Below, piece by piece: positions 40,887 through 50,817 of a stretch of DNA of 64,000 bases. A model generated the notes under the pieces. It searched no databases, was not told where the DNA came from, and saw only the letters and a list, made by a program, of their open reading frames with translations. How positions within the stretch are numbered: the stretch's first letter is position 1; the number at the start of each line of letters is the position of its first letter. This stretch comes from an uncultured virus (IMG/VR IMGVR_UViG_3300044843_001102) (taxonomy: Duplodnaviria > Heunggongvirae > Uroviricota > Caudoviricetes): the IMG/VR virus record IMGVR_UViG_3300044843_001102; one strand, 5' to 3'. Made by a program: the position numbers and the translations under genes.

Positions 40887-41360
40887 TTATTTCCCCTTCT
40901 TGGTTGATTCTACCTGCTCCTCAAGTTTTTTAACTTTCTTCTTTACTTTCTTTACGGCATCTTCAATTGATTCAAGTGTTTCTTGATTGGAGACTTTGAT
41001 TTCTTCTGCTTTCTTTTCTGCCGTTGTTGCTTTTGATTCAATATCAGAGATTTTTCCTTTTAACCCTGAAACTTGTGATTCTAGTTCTTGTTGTTTGGCG
41101 ACACATTGTTCGTGTCCCGTTCCAACAGAAACCTTTGATGCTTCAATTTCAGCCATCTTTTGTTCGTGTTGTTGTTCTTGTCGTTGTTTGAGCCAATCCC
41201 AAACTTTTTTACCGCCCAAAACGGCAATAGCACCTAGTGCAACAATCATCATAGGATTGCCTCCACTTAGGTGCGCCAATTGGTTTATGTCGATTTCGCC
41301 GTTTGATACGGCGCTAGAAACATGATTTGCTAAGTCAACTTGTGCTAATAGGTTTAACAT
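40887..41360 (-). CDS. TM + coiled-coil hypothetical protein
   Basis: IVALGAIAVLGGKKVW followed by a coiled coil; ACTATTTA and GGAGG upstream. Confidence 0.6.
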   Translation of the reverse strand: MLNLLAQVDLANHVSSAVSNGEIDINQLAHLSGGNPMMIVALGAIAVLGGKKVWDWLKQRQEQQHEQKMAEIEASKVSVGTGHEQCVAKQQELESQVSGLKGKISDIESKATTAEKKAEEIKVSNQETLESIEDAVKKVKKKVKKLEEQVESTKKGK

Positions 41361-41404
41361 TCATAGATCCCTCCCATTATATAATAAATAGTATAACAGA
41401 AGGG

Positions 41405-41546
41405 AACAAACACTGGGATTTCGGAATTATCAAGTTCCATGATACCCTGAATCTTTTTAACATGTAGGATTTGAACCTACATCGCCCGGCAATCCGGGAA
41501 TTTACCACTTTAAACTAATGCAAGCTTTCTACTTCCAGTGTTTGTT
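41405..41546 (-). ncRNA. tRNA-mimic RNA embedded in a 12-bp closing stem
   Basis: AACAAACACTGG/CCAGTGTTTGTT enclosing a D-loop (AGTGGTA), CCCGG-ATTG-CCGGG and T-arm GTAGG-TTCAAAT-CCTAC. Confidence 0.65.
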
Positions 41547-41550
41547 GGTT

Positions 41551-41715
41551 ATCCAGGATTGCGGTTAAGAGTTATTTTGTTACAGGGACCATATATTGAT
41601 GTTGTTAAAAACTAATCTCACTGGTTGAGCCTTCTTTAACCTACCTAACGGTCAGGATCCTATTCAATCCAATCATTCAAAGTGATTTTAACCAATCTTT
41701 CGGCTACTTCTGGAT
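41551..41715 (-). ncRNA. Candidate 165-nt rod-shaped ncRNA (6S-like architecture)
   Basis: Nested stems ATCCAG/CTGGAT, GATT/AATC, GGTTAA/TTAACC, central bubble, GTTAAAGA/TTTTTAAC, CTCA/TGAG. Confidence 0.5.
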
Positions 41716-41791
41716 TGGTGCCGTCGAAGGGAGTCGAACCCCTGACCGCCTGATTACAAATCAGATGCTCTACCAACTGAGCTACGACGGC
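41716..41791 (-). tRNA. tRNA-Thr(TGT)
   Basis: Cloverleaf, loop TTTGTAA, CCA. Confidence 0.93.
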
Positions 41792-42136
41792 ATATCTAAA
41801 TCTACTTCTCTAAATTTTACCTTACAAGTTTTTCTCTTATTACCATTAGAATATATCCAAGTTTTTCTTATCCAATCTCTTGGTTCTGGAAAATAATCAA
41901 TTTTTAGTTTAATTACTTTCATTCTTTTACTATACGAGATCCGTGTTTATTTTTTAAGATCTCAAACAAACTTTTTGAAACCATACGAACTTCTTTGATA
42001 TTCATTGCTTGTTTAAACCAAAGAAATCTAGCATTACCTTCGAAAATGCTCATTCCGAGTTCTCGGTGAGATAGAATGTAGTAGTCTTTGCCGTCAAAAA
42101 CGAATTCTACTGCTTTCATAACTCACCTCTTTTTAG

Positions 42137-42220
42137 TGCTCCCGGTGAGACTCGAACTCACATAACTAAATAGTTGGCAGATTTTAAGTCTGCTGCGTCT
42201 ACCTGTTCCGCCACAAGAGC
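42137..42220 (-). tRNA. tRNA-Leu(TAA)
   Basis: Cloverleaf with variable arm, loop CTTAAAA. Confidence 0.92.
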
Positions 42221-42228
42221 ATGATGCT

Positions 42229-42257
42229 AGTCTACACTAGCTGGAGGTTCCTGTCAA
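42229..42257 (-). promoter_or_regulatory. sigma70-type promoter
   Basis: TTGACA-17-TAGACT immediately upstream of tRNA-Leu. Confidence 0.8.
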
Positions 42258-42616
42258 CCTGCCTCTTTAATTGCCTCTACGATAGAGATTGGTTCACAAT
42301 CATAATCAAAACATTTCCAATATCCATTGTCGTATAGGTAATAATATTCTATCCAACAATTCTTGCCTCTATCAAAAAACAAATCAATATTGCTGTATTC
42401 TCCGATAGATCCATCTTGATAGAATGAGCAAGTATCTATTGTTTCTCCTAAAACAGAGAGATCTCCTTTCGAAAGCAACGAATCAACTTTATCATCTGTT
42501 TCATAATTCTGAAGAAGGATTTTTCCATTGTGAGAAGGATAACCATCCCAATGACAATAAATAGCGCTGATAGTTTGATCTTGATTAACTTTTCCGATAT
42601 AAGATCTAGTTGCCAT
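42254..42616 (-). CDS. Conserved phage hypothetical protein
   Basis: MATRS.IG...IYCHWDGYP motif. Confidence 0.7.
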   Translation of the reverse strand: MATRSYIGKVNQDQTISAIYCHWDGYPSHNGKILLQNYETDDKVDSLLSKGDLSVLGETIDTCSFYQDGSIGEYSNIDLFFDRGKNCWIEYYYLYDNGYWKCFDYDCEPISIVEAIKEAG

Positions 42617-42624
42617 TTTATCCT

Positions 42625-43581
42625 CTATGCGTCATTTGTTTCTTCATAAAGACCAACGATTCTGTTTGCGATTAGTTCTACTACTGGGTATGATACAGCA
42701 TTTCCAGCTAGTTTGTAAAGTCCACTGTCAGAAATATTTGATGGAACAATATATGTTTGTGGAAAGCCTTGGAAATTAAAACACTCTTTTGGAGTGAGTT
42801 TTCTAATCCCGTTTGAATCAAGCAAGATTGGAACATTATGTCCGCCACTACCCATGTTATAAGTTAATGTTGGACATACATTACTCTTGTTTTCTCTGAC
42901 ATAATATCTACGGTATTGATAGATCACATCTTTTTTAACAACATCTGAGACTAGTTTCCCATAGATTTTAACATTGTTTCCATAATAATACTTACCTAGA
43001 ACGCTTGTTTCCAATAGAGAACCAATTTTCAGGTTTGTTTGAGATGGAAAATCAAGATTGAACTTGTCAGCCATTTCTTTTTGCTTAAACCCAACAATGT
43101 AAATTCTCTCTCTATTCTGTGGAACTTGTGTAATTTCTGAGGTATTCAACACTTTGTAATGAAGATGATAACCTCTGTTTACAAGATTTGATTTGATAAC
43201 GGAGAAAGTATTACCACCATCATGAGAAGTTAGATTTTTAACGTTCTCTAGAACAATACAAGATGGAGAGTGCTTGTCGATAATCTCAAGGATTTTCCAG
43301 AAAACGTTTGATCTTTTATCAGAAAATCCTTGTTGTTTGCCAGCGATACTGAAAGGTTGGCACGGAAAGCCACCTGTCAGAATGTCATGAGAAGGGATTA
43401 GATTAACATCAAACTTATCAATATCTGCAAGAGTTAGTTTGTGATTAAAGTTAAGATCATAAATTTGCTTTGAAGTTTTTTCCATGTCATTTGCAAAAAC
43501 AACGTCAACTTTTTTTGTTGACTCAAATGCCAAAGAAAAGGCTCCAGTTCCAGCAAATAGATCAATCATCTTTAAATTCAT
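42625..43581 (-). CDS. DNA (cytosine-5) methyltransferase, M.Bsp6I-like target recognition domain
   Basis: DLFAGTG, GFPCQ, ENVKN, QNRER, YVRENKSNVCPTLT.NMG.GGHNVP, AGNAV. Confidence 0.93.
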   Translation of the reverse strand: MNLKMIDLFAGTGAFSLAFESTKKVDVVFANDMEKTSKQIYDLNFNHKLTLADIDKFDVNLIPSHDILTGGFPCQPFSIAGKQQGFSDKRSNVFWKILEIIDKHSPSCIVLENVKNLTSHDGGNTFSVIKSNLVNRGYHLHYKVLNTSEITQVPQNRERIYIVGFKQKEMADKFNLDFPSQTNLKIGSLLETSVLGKYYYGNNVKIYGKLVSDVVKKDVIYQYRRYYVRENKSNVCPTLTYNMGSGGHNVPILLDSNGIRKLTPKECFNFQGFPQTYIVPSNISDSGLYKLAGNAVSYPVVELIANRIVGLYEETNDA

Positions 43582-43722
43582 TCTATACTCTCCTGTTTAC
43601 ATTCTTCTTTTTGTTAGAAAGATAAATTGGTTTACGATCTGCCAAAGCCTCTTTGTCTTTTGTAAGACCCGCTAGGATCGCGAAAAGAAGAAAGGCAAAA
43701 CCGAAACCATAAAAAAAGGTAA

Positions 43723-43938
43723 TCATTTCTTCTCCCTGTTGTTCCTAATAGAGTTTAGCCAATCCGATGTAGAAGTCAAGTCGAAAGGTTTTGGGATTGG
43801 AAGGAATGGAAAGACTGCGTGAAAGAAGAAGATTATTGCTGAAACACCAAGCCTGTAAGTTCCTTTCCAAGCAATCAGCAAGTGTTCAATATATGTTTCG
43901 CCTACTGATTGTGGATGTTGTGTAAATGGATTCTTCAT
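43723..43938 (-). CDS. DUF6356-like small protein
   Basis: FTQHPQSVGETYIEH...HAVFPF. Confidence 0.7.
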   Translation of the reverse strand: MKNPFTQHPQSVGETYIEHLLIAWKGTYRLGVSAIIFFFHAVFPFLPIPKPFDLTSTSDWLNSIRNNREKK

Positions 43939-44768
43939 CTAAAAGCCTCTGACATCATTATCACTGATGATCCAATCTTACCATGATACCAAGGGGAAGT
44001 CAAGGGGTAAAATTCAACAAGTGGATTTCCTTTTGCTTGCATTCTTTTTGCTGATGCCTGAGTTTCAGTTCCCCTCATGTAGAATACTTCCATACGAACA
44101 GGGCTATTCCCCAAGCAAGCATCCCAAGCTGTATCTAACCATTTGCTATAACTAGAATCAGACCAGAGAACCCAGTTTGGTAAAATATCACAGAGTCCAC
44201 CATGTTTAGCAGCATCACGAATTGACTTGCCTCCACGAGAATGTCCAGCAACGACAAAGACAAGTTCTTTATTCGGCTGAATACCAGTTGTCATAAGTGG
44301 AGTTGCATCCATCGCTGATTTAACAAATATCTTGAAACTATCTTTTTTGCTCCAAGATGTTCTTCCATCAATTCCGTTTACATTCTTGCTCCAAGGAAGT
44401 TCTGGAGCAATCCAAGTGAAACTCTTTTTGTTTTCATATAACCATTTTAGGAATGGATAAGTATTGGAGGAGAAGTTTCTGAAACCATTCATTCCATGAT
44501 TCCAAATGACAACATAATGCTTTTTGGCATCTTTGTTCTCATGATGAGCGAGAAAGGTTGCTCTCACTTTATTCGCGTGACGGGGATCTAATTCGTCATT
44601 ACCTTTGATGATTGCAACCTTTGTCCAAATCGGCAGAGCAAAACTCTTGTCTGCCTTCTTTACATCTTCCGCTGTCGGCTTATAAATCTTATCTTCGATT
44701 GAAAGAGCATCTGCTCTCGAAGCAACCAAGCCCAGCGATAATATTAAAGATGTAAATATTTTTCTCAT
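43935..44768 (-). CDS. Secreted alpha/beta hydrolase-like protein
   Basis: Signal peptide, HG, GHSRGG nucleophile elbow. Confidence 0.65.
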   Translation of the reverse strand: MRKIFTSLILSLGLVASRADALSIEDKIYKPTAEDVKKADKSFALPIWTKVAIIKGNDELDPRHANKVRATFLAHHENKDAKKHYVVIWNHGMNGFRNFSSNTYPFLKWLYENKKSFTWIAPELPWSKNVNGIDGRTSWSKKDSFKIFVKSAMDATPLMTTGIQPNKELVFVVAGHSRGGKSIRDAAKHGGLCDILPNWVLWSDSSYSKWLDTAWDACLGNSPVRMEVFYMRGTETQASAKRMQAKGNPLVEFYPLTSPWYHGKIGSSVIMMSEAFR

Positions 44769-44779
44769 TTCCTTCTCCT

Positions 44780-44870
44780 TGGCGGAAACAACAGGATTTG
44801 AACCTGTGCGGGACTTTCGCCCCCTAGCGGTTTAGCAAACCGCCCCCTTCAGCCTCTTGGGTATGTTTCC
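44780..44870 (-). tRNA. tRNA-Ser(GCT)
   Basis: Cloverleaf with long variable arm, loop TTGCTAA, GCCA. Confidence 0.92.
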
Positions 44871-44875
44871 AGATT

Positions 44876-45075
44876 GATCTATAATAAGAGTTCAGCACAC
44901 GAATTGACCATATTTCGTATTCTACGGAACTAATGTGCCTGTTCTTTTTGCTTCGGGACCACTTCCCCCTAAAGGTTGTAGCATCTGTCCCCTTTGACAG
45001 GGTTATTTAAGTACTACACGACCTGGTTAATTATTTTATCCTTTCTTACACTAGAAGAATTACTTATTATAGATC
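44876..45075 (-). ncRNA. Candidate 200-nt structured RNA between two tRNAs
   Basis: Perfect 13-bp terminal stem GATCTATAATAAG/CTTATTATAGATC plus internal hairpins; strand inferred from context. Confidence 0.5.
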
Positions 45076-45153
45076 TGGTGCGCCCGGTTGGATTTGAACC
45101 AACATACCATCGCTTATAAGACGAATGCCATTAACCAGTCGTGCCACAGGCGC
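45076..45153 (-). tRNA. tRNA-Ile(TAT)
   Basis: Cloverleaf, loop CTTATAA, A73, CCA. Confidence 0.8.
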
Positions 45154-45165
45154 GTTGTTGGAGAC

Positions 45166-45194
45166 AGTATAGCGTGTCTCCGTTCGCTTGTCAA
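45166..45194 (-). promoter_or_regulatory. sigma70-type promoter
   Basis: TTGACA-17-TATACT; GGAGACA/TGTCTCC flanks the -10 box. Confidence 0.85.
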
Positions 45195-46572
45195 ACACTA
45201 TTCTTTATCTTCTTTCTCAATTAATAGAACTGGTCGCATTGTTTTTAGGAAAGCAACAGCATTTGAAGCAACCGCTCTTGCTTCTTCTTCTGAGGCAACA
45301 CAAAGATCAATGCTGGAATAATTCGAATCATCAATAAACTCAGCGGTTACTCGCCAATCAGTTTCCTGATTATACTTTTTTGCTTTACGATCCCACTTAC
45401 GATTTTCAACACAAGTTACAAGAATACCATCAGTTTCTGCTTCGAGTCTTGAAACCAGTTCTCTTACCTTAAAGTCCAACATCTTTCTTATCCTCTGGAA
45501 GCTTTCCTTCCTTTTTCAGTTTGGCGTAAACCCCTGCGTCATAAAGAGCATTATGAAGATCCAAATAACCGCAGTCCATTCCAATTACATAAGCATCTGA
45601 TTCGAAACCGAACACATCGTATAAAGCATATCGGTATGAGCCTCGTTCTTCGATTTCAGCCTTACAAATTCGCTTTACAACCGCGTGAAACACTTTCAAC
45701 TGATCGTCGTAGGGTAAAGAGTTCCAAAGAGTTTCTGAGGCATTGTCGTAAGCAATACGGGCATCTTCAAACTCTTTTCTAATCTTCTCCAACTGCTCTG
45801 TGTCCATCAGCTTAGGCATTGTACCCTACATGAATATACTTGTCAAACCCGCCATTATCATTCATCCACTTAAGAACCTTTTCTTGTTCTTCTGGATTCA
45901 GGGTTTCCATCGCCTGATCAAGTTCCTTCTTGGTAAATCGCATCTTGGAACCCTTGATCAAGGAGTATTCGTAATAATGCTCAATGCGGAAGATTACATT
46001 TTCAGCAGAAGGCATTCTTTCCTTTGCCTCTTGTTGAGCAAAATTAACACGATTGTATCTCGACATAACCGCTTCTCTACAAATCTTTTCCAACTCTTCA
46101 AATAGATCTGCCTTACAGAACTCTGGATAATGAGACTTTAATACATCCCGAGTGTATGGCGAAATAAACTTGATGTTTTCAATTAAAATGCTCATCTTTC
46201 TCCTTCACTTCGTCCTTGTTCGATTCCTTCATCGTATCCGGCATCATATCCTTCTTCGTATCCGCTATCTCTTCCGTCTTTCCAACCTCTATTGTAACAA
46301 TCTTCTTGTTCATCCTCTTTTGCTTTCTCAATCGTAGATTCGATTGCTTCTTTTAAAGAGCGAACATAATACAAATAACTTTTGGAAATACTATCGCCTG
46401 ATTTTTCTTTCTCAAGAAAGTTTTTTCTTTCGCATTCAAAGATTGCTTCATCATAATCAAAATAGAGGTCTTGTGTATTGCTCACGGGATCTATGATTGG
46501 ATCAAATCCCTGTAGAATGACATAGATTTCACTAATATCTAAAATCATAACGAACTCTTGGTTGTTTATTGT

Positions 46573-46646
46573 TGGTGGACAGTGAGGGAATCGAACCCTC
46601 GATCTCGGCTTGCAAAGCCGATGTTATCCCGTTTAACTAACCGCCC
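46573..46646 (-). tRNA. tRNA-Ala(TGC)
   Basis: Loop TTTGCAA, G3-U70, A73, CCA. Confidence 0.9.
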
Positions 46647-46654
46647 GTAATGAT

Positions 46655-46731
46655 TGGTCGGTGTTGGGGGATTTGAACCCACGACCCTCTGCTCCCAAAG
46701 CAGATGCGCTACCAGACTGCGCTAAACACCG
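46655..46731 (-). tRNA. tRNA-Pro(TGG)
   Basis: Cloverleaf, loop TTTGGGA, CCA. Confidence 0.93.
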
Positions 46732-46741
46732 ATTGTCTCAG

Positions 46742-46813
46742 AGCGGGTAATGGGATTCGAACCCATGACGAACAGCTTGGAAGGCTGACACTCTACCCCT
46801 GAGTTATACCCGC
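46742..46813 (-). tRNA. tRNA-Gly(TCC)
   Basis: Cloverleaf, loop CTTCCAA, U73. Confidence 0.92.
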
Positions 46814-48017
46814 ATACAACGATCCTACCATAAGTAGGATCATATTTTAAGTTAATCCCACCAGTGTCTCATGCGATTCTTCAACAGATCCATCGCTCTC
46901 TCCCAACTATCTTCCTCGATCTGCTGAACTCTGTCAAGCAGGATTTTATCTTTTATTCTGCCCTCTTCGGATTCAGACCACAGCGGAGAGAAATCATAAC
47001 CAAGTTCATCAATTCCAACTCCAACATGGTTGTTGAAATTATCAATCGCATTCAGGAAATCATCAATCTCTTCTGCCGTTTGGTTTGAAGATTCACAAAC
47101 AGCATCGGAACTTGCCATAAAGTCTCTGGTATGCTCCAGAGAACGGCAGAAAAGATCCATGTTATACTTGTAATCAAAAGTTCGGAAGTTCCACAACTCT
47201 TTACGGAAGAGCCAAATGTTTTTGAGGAACATAAAAAGTGGATTGTAAATGGTAAGTCTCTTGATCTTACGAATCAGATTCATTCGAAAAACCATGTTTT
47301 TCATCTTCTTCATTTGATCCTCCGATACTTTTTGATTAGGTGAACAATCCAACTACCAACCAATTTCTTTGGAAGCAAAGCACTTCCACTTACTTTCGTA
47401 TTTGAAAGGCTTACGACAACATCGGCATCTTCTTTATCGTCGCTCCACAAAATAACGATTCGCATTTTTACCACGGGAAATCGTCCCAATCTTTGTAGTG
47501 GACGCCGTGTTCCATTATCATTGGCATAAGTGATTCCAAAGAATAACCAACTGCTCCACCAACTTCATTCCAATTTTCAACTCTTCCTGCTTCATCGCAT
47601 TCAAAGATCATAGTCTCGACTGGTTGAATATGCTCGCTGGATTCAGAAACAAGATAGAACTTATCATCTTGCCGAACAACGATCTGCCTTGGATTAAGTT
47701 TCTTAAGAATTAGAACCATCATCTGAATCCCCCACTTTGTAGACTTGGAACATAGCAATCTCTTCCTTGCGGAAGGTATTTGGAAAAACTACATCATAAT
47801 AAATAAAGTCTGCTTCACGAATGCTTGAGACAATCCCCCAACGATTCAAACCATTTGGATCGAAATAAATAATATCTCCGATCTTAACATGGGCGGGATC
47901 AACGAAAGTCCATGGTTCGTCGTTGAGGAAATAAGTCTTATTACCAGTTTCCTCTTCAACAAGAATTTTGTATACAATGTCTCTCGGTTCCATAATAATC
48001 CTCAATAACAAAGTAGT

Positions 48018-48108
48018 TGGCGGGAAGAGGGGGATTCGAACCCCCGGAACGCTATTCACGTTCGATCGCTTTCCAAGCGATTGCCATAAACCACTCGACC
48101 ATCTCCCC
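48018..48108 (-). tRNA. tRNA-Ser(GGA)
   Basis: Long variable arm, loop TTGGAAA, GCCA. Confidence 0.92.
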
Positions 48109-48121
48109 TCGACACTCCACC

Positions 48122-48150
48122 ATTGTAGGCGAAGTGAGCTTGCGTGTCAA
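48122..48150 (-). promoter_or_regulatory. sigma70-type promoter
   Basis: TTGACA-17-TACAAT upstream of tRNA-Ser. Confidence 0.85.
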
Positions 48151-48880
48151 GCCTATTTATAATCACCGCACTTAAAAATACCTTTTACTTGTTCAGTGCT
48201 GGCGACATAAGTGTATGCTCCCTTGTTATATGCGGGAGCGGTACATCTTGCCTTGAATGCTTTCTCTGCTTCTGCCTGTCTGCCACCGCAATCAAGACAA
48301 GAGATATAACCAAGCTCAAATCGCTTGATCGAATAATCATCACCACAAAAACGACAAATAGCAGTATTCATATTAAAACCAATCAGCAAAGAGTTCAGTG
48401 TGATCAAATTCAGTTACTTCCCACGACATGGGATCAATTGGCAAATCAATGGAACCGGTTTCACTAACATAACCTTCCCCGTCTTTTGCCTTAACCATTG
48501 CTTCCCACTCATCATTTGCCTCAACGACAAATGGAGTGATCTTCTGTTCAATAACATTTACGACAAACCGCTTCATTGTGTCTCCTAAAATAGAGTGAGT
48601 TGATCCTCTGGGATGCTGAACATCTTAGTCTCTAGCGAGTTCTCTGTCAACACCTGGTACAAATACTCATTTGATCTCTTAACATATTCAACATTAACAA
48701 CAACCATACCTTCGTCGCCAACAAGCAGAACCTCATCAATTTGAAGCTTCTTTTCGCCTTCCGCTGGCTCTTTTAGATTAACTGCCATTGTTGGCATGAC
48801 AACTCTAACAACATCGCCCATTTGAAATTGTGGTTCTGCTTGCTTCTTCATTGTGTCCTCGTTGGGTCATTGATAGAACA

Positions 48881-48909
48881 AGTCTACCACCCCTGAGATT
48901 TCCTGTCAA
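48881..48909 (-). promoter_or_regulatory. sigma70-type promoter
   Basis: TTGACA-17-TAGACT with extended TG. Confidence 0.8.
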
Positions 48910-49661
48910 TCCGGATAATAACTAATCGTATTCAAACGGTTTGAATATACAATTGCGCTCGTAGATCCGCACTTGCTATTATCCTCGATAATCTCTAGCA
49001 AATAGAAATCCTCATCGGTATTACAAACTTCATCAAGTTCACTATCCCAATCTCGGGCATCGGAGTTAAAGATCCCTAGATTGTTCTTTCTAAGTTCACT
49101 CCAAGGAACAAACTCATGACTGAGATAAATAATGCTATTACCTTCTCGGTTTGTTCCAATAACATCACCATTCTTCAGACTAGAAAAATCAAGATCATTT
49201 TCCAAATACACATCGACCGAATCATAAGTTAGATTTCTTAGAAGATTGAATGCCTTATCGCCATTTGGAATATCTTCACAATCATCAACTCCATCGGAAT
49301 AAGTTCCAACGAAACCTGCTCCTGGTTCATAATAAGAAGCCTCTACGGAGAATCCTTTTTCGGTCATAAAGTTATAGAACCCAACCGGAGGTGACCAAGC
49401 AGTCTCCTCGTAGAAGTCAATAACACCTTCTTCTGGATGGACATTGTCTTTGCTAAGACTTACATCCCACTTGGTTCCCCAATTATCAATGTTCCATCTA
49501 TACCAGTTTTCTGCTTGATCTTCTGGCATAGGATAAAACCAACCAAAGAACTTTGGTTCTTCTGGTGCTGAATCCAGATACTCCTTAAACTGCTTTAGCA
49601 GTTCCTTTGCTTCATCAGTTACAGGAATGAATGTTGCTTTGTTATTACACCAATTAGGCAT
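48906..49661 (-). CDS. DUF1281/Api92-like ferredoxin-fold phage protein
   Basis: MPNWCNN, WY.W...NWGTKW, TAWSPP, YYEPG. Confidence 0.8.
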   Translation of the reverse strand: MPNWCNNKATFIPVTDEAKELLKQFKEYLDSAPEEPKFFGWFYPMPEDQAENWYRWNIDNWGTKWDVSLSKDNVHPEEGVIDFYEETAWSPPVGFYNFMTEKGFSVEASYYEPGAGFVGTYSDGVDDCEDIPNGDKAFNLLRNLTYDSVDVYLENDLDFSSLKNGDVIGTNREGNSIIYLSHEFVPWSELRKNNLGIFNSDARDWDSELDEVCNTDEDFYLLEIIEDNSKCGSTSAIVYSNRLNTISYYPD

Positions 49662-50105
49662 TTTAATCCTCTGCTCTTCTAACAAGAAAGTCTTCGTGAA
49701 ATGCTAGATCATACCAACATTCCTCATTGGAGGGGTCATCCAGCAGTCTTAGAGTATAGGTCTTGAACTTTTGTGTGTCAACTGGAAGCTGAACAATTAC
49801 AAAGGGTCTCCCAATATAAGTTGCCATCTTCCAGTTAATATCAGTCACAAAAGCGGAAAGATAAACAATATCACCAACATTAAACTTTGGTTTGATAAGT
49901 CTAGTCTTCACCTTATTAACGACAGAATGCCCGTGTGAGACAAGGGTCGCAAGTGAAAGACCTTCCGGAAAGAGACTTTCGGACATTGGGATAGTATTCT
50001 CCGCAATACATACATGACTCTCCGGTTCTGCTTGCTTCATAACTTGCCTCTGCCCTTGAAAGGGAAACATTATATCTGCCTTGTTCTGCTTTTACATATC
50101 GCTTC

Positions 50106-50738
50106 TTAGCCATTTTGACCCTTCTTGTTCTTAATAACATTAAGATCCGCTTCTTTGACTTCAACAATCCTTTGATCTTCCATCAGAGCGGTACAAATAA
50201 CCTTGTAGTAATTTACAAAGTTGGTTGAAACTGGCTTCATCTGCTCAAGAATCAGAATGGGATTTTCCCTGTATTCCTTAGCAAAACCAGAACGATTCTT
50301 CTGTGTATCTCGCAGAACAACGAGATCTCCAACTGAAAAACGAAATGGTGTCTTGTAATTCTTGATAGTAGTTTTTGCCCATTGAGATTCGCAAGACTTC
50401 TCATAAATATCCTTGCTGGGAATCCAGTTAGGATCTTTGTAAAACTTTGCGATACGAGAATTTGGATAGTGATACTCGTAATACATACCAGTAATCTTCA
50501 AGTTCTCTTTCATTTCGGGAGTAAATGAGTTTTTCCAAGACTCCTCCGCATCCACCACTTCCTGCGGAGGATAACACTCCTCCCAAAACTTATCAACATA
50601 CGTAATCTGCTTTTCGGACAGATCACGATTCTTTGCTTGTGCGAGCAGAGATTCCACAAAGGACTTGCTCGATTCACGCAGACGAGGGGAAACCAAAATT
50701 TTCTCAAGCTTATCAATCGTATTCAGTTCATACAGCAT
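50106..50738 (-). CDS. Hypothetical protein
   Basis: FVESLLAQ...LSEKQ motif; downstream of promoter 50777-50805. Confidence 0.6.
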   Translation of the reverse strand: MLYELNTIDKLEKILVSPRLRESSKSFVESLLAQAKNRDLSEKQITYVDKFWEECYPPQEVVDAEESWKNSFTPEMKENLKITGMYYEYHYPNSRIAKFYKDPNWIPSKDIYEKSCESQWAKTTIKNYKTPFRFSVGDLVVLRDTQKNRSGFAKEYRENPILILEQMKPVSTNFVNYYKVICTALMEDQRIVEVKEADLNVIKNKKGQNG

Positions 50739-50776
50739 TGGAACACCAGAAAGGCTGACACCCAGCCAACACACAT

Positions 50777-50805
50777 AGCATAGCCAACGTGAGGTTGAGT
50801 GTCAA
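50777..50805 (-). promoter_or_regulatory. sigma70-type promoter
   Basis: TTGACA-17-TATGCT. Confidence 0.75.
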
Positions 50806-50817
50806 GCGGGAGGGAAA

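Noticed and set aside
46573..46646. tRNA-Cys(GCA)
   Set aside because: Loop register gives TGC, and G3-U70 with A73 marks Ala
27371..48108. Theta/HDV-like ribozymes after tRNAs; RNase P or SRP RNA
   Set aside because: I could not build the nested pseudoknot or find the signature motifs by eye; not excluded without a covariance search
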